DNA from: an uncultured Pirellula sp.
Lineage (GTDB): Bacteria; Planctomycetota; Planctomycetia; Pirellulales; Pirellulaceae
Length of the DNA: 64,000 nucleotides
Reading direction: 5' to 3'
Assembly: GCA_903892355.1 (NCBI GenBank)
Contig: CAITIE010000090.1
Coordinates: 109,604 to 173,603 of the forward strand
Part shown: positions 46,449 to 55,886 of the stretch, in pieces
How positions within the stretch are numbered: the first letter of the stretch is position 1
Layout of the letters: each line of letters opens with the position of its first letter
The notes under the pieces: model-generated
Told to the model about the DNA's origin: nothing
Seen by the model: only the letters and a program-made list of their open reading frames with translations
The model's database searches: none
Program-made: the position numbers and the translations under genes

Positions 46449-49400
46449 CTAGTTTCGTGTGATCGTCTCGTCGAGATTGAGGACTAGATTGCAAACCAAT
46501 GTCCACGGAGCAACCTCGTCGACTTGGAGTTTCGCATCGCGCCAACGTTCGCCTGTATTGGCAATTTTGATCGCATCTTCGGGAGCGAGTTTCAGCCGTT
46601 CGCGAGACTGTGTCAGGAATTTCATCATGGCATTTCGTTCGAGTTCGTTGGGCTTTCTCGCCAACGCGATTTCGAAAAGCCGATCGCAACGCGCTGAGTC
46701 ATCGGTGGATACTTCGCGCACGATCCGTTCGGCCAAGCATCGTGCGGCCTCGAAGTGTTGGACATCGTTCATCAACTGCAACGCTTGGAGCGGCGTGTTG
46801 CTTCGCTCGCGACGCGTGCAGAATGTTTCACGATTCGGGGCGTCAAAATTGCTCATGAACGGAGGGGGGGCGGTGCGTTTGATGTACGCGTACAAACTTC
46901 TTCGGTACAACACGTCACTGTGCTGTTGGATGTAGTATCGCGTATTGGAGTCGCCGTATCCCACCGGTTCCCAGATTTTGGGAGGCTGATAGCCGCGAAA
47001 TCCTGGGCCACCTAGGGGGCGTACGAGCAACCCACTTACGGCGAGCGCATTGTCGCGAATCTGTTCCGCATCCAATCGAATCCGCGGGCCGCGGGCGAGC
47101 CATCGATTTTCTGGATCTTTGAGGAGTCCATCCGGGGAGACATGGGAATCACGGCGAAACGCGGAGGACATCACCATCCCCTTCATGAATACTTTGATGT
47201 CCCAACCGTTTTGACGAAATCGATCAGCTAGATCGTCCAGCAACTCGGGATGGGATGGTGGAGTTCCCTGGATTCCAAAGTCGTCGGAGGTTTTCACGAT
47301 TCCGACCCCAAAGACCTGTTGCCAAAAACGATTTGCAGCCACCCTTGCCACAAGTGGATTGCTATCCATCAACAGCCAGTTTGCCAGATCCAATCGCGTT
47401 GGCCGATCGCTATTCGCAGGGGAAAAAGGTGGCAAAAAGGAGGGTGTTCCGGAGGATACCGCATCCCCTTTTGCATCGTATTGACCGCGGGTCATGATGT
47501 GCGCTTGTCGGGGTTCATTGCGATCCTTAAAGATCATGGTGCCTGGGATCGAATCCTCAAGGATCTCGCGTTCGACTCGTGCTTCTTGCCATTGAGTTCG
47601 AGCACGCTGGATGGTTGCTGGAACCTCGGAATCGATCATCGCAACAAAATAAGCCCGAACTGCACTGCTCGCTTTCGCACCCGCTTCTGACTCTGGGCCT
47701 TCCTGAATCGCCTTGGCCACCTCGTCCGTAGCGTGCGGTGCCCCCTTGCCTTTACGGTGCTTCCACCAAGCCTGGTAGTCTCGCGTCAATGACGGATCGT
47801 TGTTGAGTTCCCCGGTTACCATCAACGCATCCCAGTAGCAAATGCCACCAAAGACCCCGAGCTTGATCTCTTGCACGACCGCGCCTGCGGGGAGCATATC
47901 ACCTGCAATTTCTTTGGTCGCCTCCGACGTTACCGTGATTTGTGGTGCCGTGATTTGGTGCCAAACGCCAGGTTTTGGCAGGGGGCCAACGAGCCTTTCC
48001 GGTCCCGCATCGACGAGTTTTGCTTTGCTTGGGTCGTTTGCCCAGACCCAACGCTTGGCACCTTTGTCGGTTCGAACTTCCAAAAATATCGCTTCAGGTG
48101 GTTCTTCCGCATCGGTTTGCACCCATGCATGGATCTTAGCTCTCTCAGGAATCGACTTCGGTACCAAAGGATTCGAGATGACCTGCTCAAGTTTATCCCC
48201 AAACGCGGTTACCAAGGCCCGACGGCCCATCGGGACGGGGGTGGAACCCTCGGTCCATTGAGCACCGTTGCGCGAGGTGTTGCGTTGCGTGGCACCCAGT
48301 GGAAGCTCATCGTCGAGCCATACGTCGGTGATCGGGGTAGAAACCGACGGAGTTGCAGCGTCTGTGTTGGCGTGGGAGTTTGTTGTGGGTGAGTTTGTTG
48401 TGGGGGATGTCTCCGCCAAGAGTGCCCAGTCGCTTGCGAGTTGCTGCAACCGCTTGAGCGCCGACTGTTCTTTTCCCTTTGCTCGGTCTAACTGCTGTTG
48501 TTGTGTTGGTGTGGGGAGTTTCAGAAATGGTGCTGTGGTGTTGATGTTTCCATCCATGGCGGGGTCAGCCGCGCTGTAGAAGAAGGAATACATCGAGTAG
48601 AACTCACGCGTCGTCAGAGGATCGTATTTGTGATCATGGCAAACGGCGCACCCTCCCGTGAGCCCTAACCATGTTTGGACGGTAGTGCTAGTGCGATCCA
48701 CCGCATACCGGAATAGGAACTCCTCGGCGATCGCTCCACCTTCTGCGGTGGTCACGTTGCATCGATTGAAGCCGGTGGCGATCAAGTTGGACTGTGTGGG
48801 ATTTGGGAGCAAGTCACCTGCCAGTTGTTCGACAGTGAATTGAGAGAACGGCATGTTTTGATTGAAGGCGTCGACGACCCAATCGCGATAAGGCCAGATC
48901 AGTCGATCGTTGTCGAGGTGCAGGCCATGGGTGTCGCCGTACCGGGCCACATCGAGCCAGTGCCGTGCCATTTCCTCACCATAGTGAGGTGATGCCATGT
49001 AATGGTCGACCATCCGCTCATAGTTCTCGTCGGTTGGTTGGCTTGCGAACTGCTCGACTTCCTCCACGGTTGGTGGTAAACCCGTCAATGTGAATGCTAG
49101 GCGACGGACCAATGTTCGAGGGTCGGCCGAAGCGTTGGCCTGCAATCCTCGCTCGGTGATCCCTTTCGTAATCCATCGATCGATGGCGGCTTGAGCCGAT
49201 TCCTTCGGTTCGGAACTAGTCTCGCGACGAATCGGCTCAAACGCCCAATGCTTTTCGTACTTCGCACCATCGCGAATCCATGCGCCGATCAGTTCCTTCT
49301 CTTCGGCCGTCAATTGCCTTGCTGCACTCGGCGGTGGCATGACCAACTCCGGATCGCTGGAGTGTATCCGCGACCAGACCAAGCTCTGCTCTCGATCTCC

Positions 49401-49637
49401 CGCAACGATCGCGACTCCTTCCTTGCGGGGAGCAAATGCCGACTCGGCGGTATCGAGTCGTAGATCGGCTTCTCGGTGGCTGGCGTCTTGACCGTGGCAA
49501 CGGAAGCATGTGGCGGACAAGATCGGCCGAATGTCGCGATTGAATTGGATGGGCTCTGAGGCTTGAGAGTTGGTCCACAGAAGGTGACTCACGACGACGA
49601 GGCCAAGCAGTAGATACCTCGGGGAGATTGCATTCAT
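46449..49637 (-). CDS. PSCyt1 (planctomycete cytochrome c) / DUF1549 / DUF1553 protein
   Basis: Signal peptide, then the CxxCH haem motif (SATCFRCHG). ANRFWQQVFGVGIVKTSDDFGIQGTPPSHPELLDDLA is typical of DUF1553. 1062 aa. Confidence 0.85.
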   Translation of the reverse strand: MNAISPRYLLLGLVVVSHLLWTNSQASEPIQFNRDIRPILSATCFRCHGQDASHREADLRLDTAESAFAPRKEGVAIVAGDREQSLVWSRIHSSDPELVMPPPSAARQLTAEEKELIGAWIRDGAKYEKHWAFEPIRRETSSEPKESAQAAIDRWITKGITERGLQANASADPRTLVRRLAFTLTGLPPTVEEVEQFASQPTDENYERMVDHYMASPHYGEEMARHWLDVARYGDTHGLHLDNDRLIWPYRDWVVDAFNQNMPFSQFTVEQLAGDLLPNPTQSNLIATGFNRCNVTTAEGGAIAEEFLFRYAVDRTSTTVQTWLGLTGGCAVCHDHKYDPLTTREFYSMYSFFYSAADPAMDGNINTTAPFLKLPTPTQQQQLDRAKGKEQSALKRLQQLASDWALLAETSPTTNSPTTNSHANTDAATPSVSTPITDVWLDDELPLGATQRNTSRNGAQWTEGSTPVPMGRRALVTAFGDKLEQVISNPLVPKSIPERAKIHAWVQTDAEEPPEAIFLEVRTDKGAKRWVWANDPSKAKLVDAGPERLVGPLPKPGVWHQITAPQITVTSEATKEIAGDMLPAGAVVQEIKLGVFGGICYWDALMVTGELNNDPSLTRDYQAWWKHRKGKGAPHATDEVAKAIQEGPESEAGAKASSAVRAYFVAMIDSEVPATIQRARTQWQEARVEREILEDSIPGTMIFKDRNEPRQAHIMTRGQYDAKGDAVSSGTPSFLPPFSPANSDRPTRLDLANWLLMDSNPLVARVAANRFWQQVFGVGIVKTSDDFGIQGTPPSHPELLDDLADRFRQNGWDIKVFMKGMVMSSAFRRDSHVSPDGLLKDPENRWLARGPRIRLDAEQIRDNALAVSGLLVRPLGGPGFRGYQPPKIWEPVGYGDSNTRYYIQQHSDVLYRRSLYAYIKRTAPPPFMSNFDAPNRETFCTRRERSNTPLQALQLMNDVQHFEAARCLAERIVREVSTDDSARCDRLFEIALARKPNELERNAMMKFLTQSRERLKLAPEDAIKIANTGERWRDAKLQVDEVAPWTLVCNLVLNLDETITRN

Positions 49638-49868
49638 GTTGAAATCAAGAGAGTCGAGGTGGGAGGAACCGTTGTGCGATCAAGCGGGGACCGCGCCAAC
49701 GGGGAGTGATCAAGCGAAGGGTACCGAAACCGGCGACAGTCGCATGTCGCCATCTCGGAGCAGCTCCATTCTAATCCATTTACGGTGCCCAGTTTTTTGT
49801 TGCCAAGCCGCCAACTAGAAATCCATGGTAATGGGCTGAGTGGGGCGGATGCGGTCATTCGGCTGGGA

Positions 49869-50786
49869 CTACGGTTCCACTGTATCCGGTTTGGATTCCG
49901 AGCGGCGACGAATGGACATGCGTTGGAAGAAAGGTGTTGGCGCCGTCGCTACAGGTTTGTGCTCCGACGCGTTCTCTTCGCCTCGGCGGATCGATGGCTC
50001 GAAAAAGGATCCGCTGGGTTTTGCGTGGTTCGGAGCGCCAGGCGGTGAGGCGATCGGTGAGTCTTGGAGGTTACCCAAGTATTGCTTTCGGACTTCGGGA
50101 TGCTGCTTGACTTGTTCCGGCGTCCCTTCGCACATCACCGTTCCCTTAGCGATCACGTAGCAACGATCAACGGTGGAAAGGATTTCGAGAGCCGCGTGGT
50201 CGGTGATCAGGATCGAGATTCCTGCATCCCGAAGTTTGAAGATGATCTGCTGGATACTTTGGACCGTGACCGGATCGATACCGGCATAAGGTTCGTCGAG
50301 CATAATGATGCGTGGGTTGGATACCAAGCAGCGGGCTATTTCAAGCCGGCGACGTTCTCCTCCCGATAATTTTGATGCTCGCGATTTTCGGATGTGGGTG
50401 ATGTTGAATTGCTCCAGGAGTTCGTCGGTTCGTTTGCGGCGCTGCGCCCACGAATATCCAAGCATCTCAAGGATTGCGGAAATGTTTTGTTCGACGGTCA
50501 GTTTCCGAAAGACACTGGAGTCCTGGGCGAGGTAGCCCATGCCACCATCCCGCGCCCGAAGAAACATCGGCCAGTAAGTAACTTCTTCACCGCCCAGGAA
50601 GACTTGGCCGCGATCTGGATGAACCATGCCGCACGTCATACGAAATGATGTCGATTTGCCCGCTCCGTTGGGCCCCAGCAAGCCAACGATTTCGCCGGGA
50701 GCGACGCGCATGCTAACGCCGTTGACCACCTTGCGTCGACCATAGGTCTTTTCGAGTCCAATGACGTTGAGAACATCCATGTTCAT
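49869..50786 (-). CDS. lptB: LPS export ABC transporter ATP-binding protein LptB with about 60-aa C-terminal extension
   Basis: Walker A GPNGAGKST, GMGYLAQDSSVFRKLTVEQNI, signature LSGGERRRLEIAR, Walker B IMLDEP. Confidence 0.8.
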   Translation of the reverse strand: MNMDVLNVIGLEKTYGRRKVVNGVSMRVAPGEIVGLLGPNGAGKSTSFRMTCGMVHPDRGQVFLGGEEVTYWPMFLRARDGGMGYLAQDSSVFRKLTVEQNISAILEMLGYSWAQRRKRTDELLEQFNITHIRKSRASKLSGGERRRLEIARCLVSNPRIIMLDEPYAGIDPVTVQSIQQIIFKLRDAGISILITDHAALEILSTVDRCYVIAKGTVMCEGTPEQVKQHPEVRKQYLGNLQDSPIASPPGAPNHAKPSGSFFEPSIRRGEENASEHKPVATAPTPFFQRMSIRRRSESKPDTVEP

Positions 50787-50880
50787 TGAGTCCGAGTTGT
50801 TGAATGCGTGTTGCTTGAACAGTGAGTCTGAAACCGGGCAGCAAGTCGTAGCGTTGTGATCGCCGCGATGGAAACGGCTT

Positions 50881-52830
50881 TTAACGAATCAGTCCCATCC
50901 GTTTAAAATTGGGTAGGAATGGGATAGGAGCGTTCCAGTAATGGGGCCAAAAAACCATGACCGCTCGACCGATCAACAATCGCCCGGGAACATGATGTTC
51001 GCGCCACGAGCGGGCGTCCTGCGACGCGCTCGAGTTATCACCCATCGGGAAATAGTGGTCTGAGGACATGTCAAAGCTGACGGCACGTCTCTGCGATGCG
51101 AGGAGTGACTTCGCCCAAGCGTCCGCATTGGAAATCATGGCATTGCGATCCAGTGCTTCCGATGTTGAGCTGTCGGAGTACTGTTTCTCGGTAAGCGTAT
51201 GGTACTGGCCGATGTAATTGCCGGTGATTTCTTTGGTGGCAGATTCATTCAGGAATCCGATCACATTATTGTAGTCGGTCAGGTAGTCTCCTGTGCTGTG
51301 CGCGATGTAGTAGATATCCCGAGCGACTTTCGCGTGCGTAATCGTGCATCCCCCGGAACTCACTCCGATCGCTACTGGGGCTGCGTCGAGCAAGTTGGTA
51401 GCCGATGTGCGCGGGGTGCGTGTGAAATTTGGAATCACTTTAGCAACCGAGAACTTGCCACCTTCTCCCCAAGAAATCGGTTTCCCATCGACCCATAGCG
51501 TCAATGAATCGTCAACGTTCGCGAATTGCAATCGGTGCTTTCCCCCAGCCCGCATCGTTGTGGTCGCCTGGATTGTTTCGGCATAACCTTTCGACGCATC
51601 AAAAGCGACGAGGGGTTGGCCCTCGTACACCAAGCGTGCGGTCGCAACGCCGGTTGACAAATCGATATCGCAGATGTGCTCCACTCCCGCTTCGACCAAG
51701 AGCATCCGCAACGAGCGTGTGTTGGGTTCGGTGGAAATTTCCCATTCGCCACTCAAGTCGCCGGTCCAGTGAAGGCCATCGTTTTCCATCGGGCGCGTGT
51801 ATCCTCGAGCCATAAAGCCTTCGCGCAGGACGCGTCGTTCTTCCAGCGGTGCGATATCTTTGAAGTTGGCTGGGACGCCGTCGAGTCTACCACCAAAGGT
51901 CATGTGCGCGTTGTAAGCCGTGAAGTCGGTTACCAATCGATAAGCATCGGCATCGATCGGCTTCGGGAGGGTACCGTTGGTTTTCAAGCTTTCCCACTGC
52001 AGTGGGTCGAGCACACGATGATGGTAGCGGAGCATCGATGGGCTGCCATCGGGGACTCCGGTGACCCGAGCGCTCCAACGGTTTTCGGCGATACCGACTT
52101 GCCATTGAGGTGCGTCCCCCGTGCGTTCCGGTTGCCATGCATCGGGCACGGAGGCTTTGAGGAGGCTTTTCGAAACGTACCTCGAATCGGACAGAGGTTG
52201 CAGCATCGCTTGAAGGACATGAGGAGGCTTGCGAGCGATCTCGAACGCCGCTGGGTTGCGAACGCCACCTTGCTTGTCTGCTTCTGCATCCGAAGTATGG
52301 TTGTGCACAAAGATATCGCCGTACTGAATCCGGATGGATTCGTTGGGGCGACCAACGCAGCGTTTTATGTAATTGAGGCGGGCGTCTTCGAGGTACTTGA
52401 AGACGAACACGTGCCATCGCTGCGGTTGCCCGAAGGCGTAGGCAAGTTTACTGACCAGAATCCTGTCGCCGGAAAAGGTTTTGTGGTTCGGGTTCCCGGG
52501 CAAATCGAGAATCTGTGGTTTGCGGCAAAGGGGACAAACCGTACCGAAGACGACGTTCCCGGTTTTGGCCCCCGTCTCCGAAAACTCCGAACTTGCTCCG
52601 CACTGGTACTGATAGCCGCAATCGTCGCAGATCACATCTTTGTGGGCACCCATCAGCGTCGGGGCCATCGAACCTGTCGGGATCACAAAGGCCTCCGCAA
52701 TGAACGCTTTAAACATCAAAGCGAGGATGAAGGCCACCGCCAAACTCTCGATAGTTTCGCGAACGACTTGTGGCTTCTGGGTGGGAGATTGCATCGCGGG
52801 GTTCGCGGGACTCGCTTTGGAATTGCTCAT
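50881..52830 (-). CDS. lepB: Signal peptidase I, unusually large (649 aa)
   Basis: An N-terminal TM segment is present. Ser box IPTGSMAPTL, Lys box YIKRCVGRPNE and box E GDNSSASQDARSW are present. CxxC...CxxC lies at 52525-52629. Confidence 0.8.
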   Translation of the reverse strand: MSNSKASPANPAMQSPTQKPQVVRETIESLAVAFILALMFKAFIAEAFVIPTGSMAPTLMGAHKDVICDDCGYQYQCGASSEFSETGAKTGNVVFGTVCPLCRKPQILDLPGNPNHKTFSGDRILVSKLAYAFGQPQRWHVFVFKYLEDARLNYIKRCVGRPNESIRIQYGDIFVHNHTSDAEADKQGGVRNPAAFEIARKPPHVLQAMLQPLSDSRYVSKSLLKASVPDAWQPERTGDAPQWQVGIAENRWSARVTGVPDGSPSMLRYHHRVLDPLQWESLKTNGTLPKPIDADAYRLVTDFTAYNAHMTFGGRLDGVPANFKDIAPLEERRVLREGFMARGYTRPMENDGLHWTGDLSGEWEISTEPNTRSLRMLLVEAGVEHICDIDLSTGVATARLVYEGQPLVAFDASKGYAETIQATTTMRAGGKHRLQFANVDDSLTLWVDGKPISWGEGGKFSVAKVIPNFTRTPRTSATNLLDAAPVAIGVSSGGCTITHAKVARDIYYIAHSTGDYLTDYNNVIGFLNESATKEITGNYIGQYHTLTEKQYSDSSTSEALDRNAMISNADAWAKSLLASQRRAVSFDMSSDHYFPMGDNSSASQDARSWREHHVPGRLLIGRAVMVFWPHYWNAPIPFLPNFKRMGLIR

Positions 52831-53136
52831 GCCTTAAGGTTTTCGCTACGTACTGAAACCCGCATTCCCAAAACGTTGATTGCTCGAGCGTATCTGGCTC
52901 GGATCCGTTTCTAGGACGTGTGAGTGCTGGTTGGGTTATGGCCGGGATACTGTTGTGATCACGAACCGTATGGATCGGAGATACTGACAGCAGTGAGGCT
53001 GGATTGTAATTCGATCAACACGGCCGATTATAGGGGAGAGCCGATTGTAATTCAGCGCGGATTTTGGGGGCTGACTCCCGAGATTGCCAACCGCCAGCGA
53101 AATGAAAGATATTGCTAGCACTCAGCGCAGAAAAAA

Positions 53137-53161
53137 CGCCGAGGGGGTTGAGCCCTCGGCG
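53137..53161 (-). terminator. Rho-independent terminator after the TRASH-like gene (minus strand)
   Basis: CGCCGAGGG, a 7-nt loop, then CCCTCGGCG. On the minus strand it is followed by TTTTTT. Confidence 0.75.
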
Positions 53162-53241
53162 TAATGGTTTTTGCCTATCATCGATTGTGGGCGAACACGC
53201 CTGCCGAAGCTTGGGTACGGAGCGTTCAACCCCTTTGATGA

Positions 53242-53688
53242 TTACTTGCCGGCCTTAGCGAACTTGGCCTTGCCGAAAGCTTCTTCACCGAAAAGCTTAT
53301 CCAGCTTTTCTTCGTCGGTGAACTTCTCAGCCTTGCCTTTGCAATTGTTGCAGCAGAAAGCGATCTTCGCTCCCTTGAACTCGATTGCGGTTTCAGCCTT
53401 GGCTTCGCCGCCGGAGAAAGGACAAGCCTTTTGCTCAACTTGCTTGGTAGCGATCAGTTGGTGGTTGGCCTTAGCAGCGAAAGCCTTCTTGTCGCCGTTG
53501 AACTTGCCTTGGCAGTTACCACAGCAGAAATAGACGGTGCCTTCTTTCCACTCGCTGGTCTTGTCTTCTTTAGCAGCAGCGCCCGAGATCAAGCACTTGA
53601 CCTTGGCGATGTCAATCTTCTCTGCGTAAACGGTAACGGCGGTGAATGCAACGAGGGCAGCAAACGCGCCCGCAATAAAAGTCTTCAT
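53242..53688 (-). CDS. Secreted protein with two TRASH/YHS-like Cys motifs (C-X22-C-X3-C)
   Basis: ATG at 53688. Signal peptide MKTFIAGAFAALVAFTAVTVYA. Motifs: CLISG...VYFCCGNC and CPFSG...IAFCCNNC. Confidence 0.6.
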   Translation of the reverse strand: MKTFIAGAFAALVAFTAVTVYAEKIDIAKVKCLISGAAAKEDKTSEWKEGTVYFCCGNCQGKFNGDKKAFAAKANHQLIATKQVEQKACPFSGGEAKAETAIEFKGAKIAFCCNNCKGKAEKFTDEEKLDKLFGEEAFGKAKFAKAGK

Positions 53689-53790
53689 AGATCTTCTCCA
53701 ATCAAAGAAACGGGTCACATGACGAGCCCATGGTAGGGAATAAACCCCCCAAATGTCAACCGTGCAGGGGAGGAAGAATGCTCAATGTCC

Positions 53791-53854
53791 GGCAAAACTG
53801 GTCGGCTGGCAAAAAACTGGTCGGCTGGCAAAAGTTGGCCTGCTGGGAAAAAAC
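53791..53854. repeat. Intergenic tandem repeat, 17-19-bp unit GGCAAAA(AA)CTGGTCGGCT x3 plus a partial copy
   Basis: Read directly. Lies about 100 nt upstream of the TRASH-like gene and downstream of pckG. Confidence 0.85.
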
Positions 53855-53916
53855 ACGCCGTTCTGCTTTAAAAAGTTTGTTGGGCAGGAACCGCTGGGGA
53901 TTCTGAGTGGCAGGAA

Positions 53917-55740
53917 TCAGGCCATTCTAGCCATCAATAGTTCCCTCTGGCACATTAATTCCTTGGGCATGGAATGGTACAGCCGTAGGAAAAACTCGTT
54001 TTGGCTCATGATTTCGGCCATCCATTCATCCCGTCGGAACTCCATTGCAGCGTCGAACTGTTCTTCGGAGAAGCCGTCGAGCCCATCGACGCAGAAATCG
54101 ACCCAGTCAGGGATCCAGCCGATCGGGGTTTCGTGCCCGGGGATTTTTCCTTGGCATCGTTTCACGATCCATTCGAGGACCCGAAGGTTTTCTCGGAAAC
54201 CGGGCCAGAGGAATTTGCCGCTAGAGTCCCGTCGGAACCAGTTCACATGGAACATGCGAGGCAAGCGTTGGATGTGTTTGCGCATGTCGAGCCAATGGGT
54301 GAAGTACTCGCCCATGTTGTAGCCGCAGAAGGGTAGCATCGCCATCGGATCACGACGCACCGTACCGACCTTGCCTGCCGCAGCTGCGGTTGTCTCGGAG
54401 CCTTGGGTGGCTCCTAAGAAAACACCATGCGTCCAATCGAAGGCTTGGAAGACGAGTGGCATCGTGGTGGGTCGGCGACCTCCGAAGACAATCGCGTCGA
54501 TAGGGACTCCGTCTGGATTTTGCCATTCCGCGTCGATATTTGGGCACTGCTCGGCTGGAGCCGTGAAACGCGAGTTCGGGTGGGCGGCCAATCGCCCGCA
54601 ATCGGGGGTCCAATGTTGCCCTGTCCAATCGATCAATTCCTTGGGTGGGTCCGAGTGCCCTTCCCACCAAACACCACCATCCCGAGTCAATGCAACGTTG
54701 GTGAAAATCGTGTTCTTCGACATGGCTTGCATGGCCGCAGGATTGGAGAGCCAAGAAGTTCCTGGCGCGACGCCAAAGAATCCCGTCTCCGGATTGATCG
54801 CATGGAGCTTGCCCGTTTTACCAGGCCAAAGCCACGCGATATCGTCCCCGACCAGCGTCGTCTTCCAACCGATTTTTTGATACCGCTCGGGCGGGACGAT
54901 CATGGCTAGGTTGGTTTTGCCGCACGAACTCGGGAAAGCGGCGGTCAAGTATGTTTTGGCGCCGTCGGGTGATTCCAAGCCCATGATGAGCATGTGTTCC
55001 GCCATCCAGCCTTGGTCGCGAGCGATGGAGCTGGCGATTCGGAGTGCAACGCATTTCTTACCCAGCAACGCATTGCCACCGTAACCGCTCCCGTAGGACC
55101 AAACTTCGCGTGTTTCCGGAAAGTGAACGATGTACTTCTCGTCGTTGCACGGCCATGGTACGTCGGGAAGGCCCGCGCCCAACGGTGCACCGACGCTGTG
55201 CAAACAGTGGATAAACGGCTGGTCTGTACCGAGTTTCTCAAGGACTTGGGTACCCATGTGGCACATGATCCGCATGCTGATGACCACGTAGGGAGAATCG
55301 GTCAATTCAACGCCGACGAGAGCCAGCGGGCTATCGATAGGCCCCATGCAAAACGGAACTACGTACATCGTTCGCCCTCGCATGCAACCACGAAATTTGG
55401 CAGTCAGTTTGGACCGCATTCCCTCAGGTTCATGCCAGTTGTTGGTCGGCCCAGCATCCGACTCTCTCCGCGAGCAAATAAACGTTCTCTCCTCGACACG
55501 CGCTGTGTCGGACGGATTGCTGCGTGCGAGGAACGAGTTCGGGTGCAGGTCGGGATTGAGTTGGATCAGAGTTCCGGACTCCACCAATTGCTCGGTCAAT
55601 CGGTTCCATTCGTCGTGCGACCCATCGCACCAAACGACGTTTTCCGCTTCGCACAGCAACGCTGTCTCCATCACCCAAGTCGCTAGGCCTTGGTGCTGGA
55701 TGGTCGCTATCGGTGTCGTCGACATTGCTGATGTTCCCAC
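53917..55740 (-). CDS. pckG: Phosphoenolpyruvate carboxykinase (GTP)
   Basis: [12 protein letters not shown] kinase-1a motif, [10 protein letters not shown] and GVAPGTS. The start is GTG 55740 or ATG 55725. Confidence 0.9.
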   Translation of the reverse strand: MGTSAMSTTPIATIQHQGLATWVMETALLCEAENVVWCDGSHDEWNRLTEQLVESGTLIQLNPDLHPNSFLARSNPSDTARVEERTFICSRRESDAGPTNNWHEPEGMRSKLTAKFRGCMRGRTMYVVPFCMGPIDSPLALVGVELTDSPYVVISMRIMCHMGTQVLEKLGTDQPFIHCLHSVGAPLGAGLPDVPWPCNDEKYIVHFPETREVWSYGSGYGGNALLGKKCVALRIASSIARDQGWMAEHMLIMGLESPDGAKTYLTAAFPSSCGKTNLAMIVPPERYQKIGWKTTLVGDDIAWLWPGKTGKLHAINPETGFFGVAPGTSWLSNPAAMQAMSKNTIFTNVALTRDGGVWWEGHSDPPKELIDWTGQHWTPDCGRLAAHPNSRFTAPAEQCPNIDAEWQNPDGVPIDAIVFGGRRPTTMPLVFQAFDWTHGVFLGATQGSETTAAAAGKVGTVRRDPMAMLPFCGYNMGEYFTHWLDMRKHIQRLPRMFHVNWFRRDSSGKFLWPGFRENLRVLEWIVKRCQGKIPGHETPIGWIPDWVDFCVDGLDGFSEEQFDAAMEFRRDEWMAEIMSQNEFFLRLYHSMPKELMCQRELLMARMA

Positions 55741-55754
55741 GGTAGTCTACCTTT

Positions 55755-55811
55755 GAGAGTTGCCTGTGGTGAGAGTTGCCTGTGGAGAATGGTTGCCGGA
55801 TGGTTCGCCGG
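55755..55811. repeat. Two adjacent intergenic tandem duplications: GAGAGTTGCCTGTGG(T/A) x2, then ATGGTT(C)GCCGG x2
   Basis: Read directly. Starts 15 nt upstream of the pckG start and lies downstream of the uvrC stop. Confidence 0.85.
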
Positions 55812-55886
55812 CTTGCCACTCGCGATCTCCATTCATCGTACCCCATCTCAAAGATCGCAGGTACTCCATAGGTGTGTATCGAACCG

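Noticed and set aside
51676-52914. 412-aa plus-strand ORF, unusually long
   Set aside because: It is entirely antisense to the well-supported lepB gene. The translation is Arg-rich with no recognisable motif. Long antisense ORFs are expected in GC-biased coding DNA.
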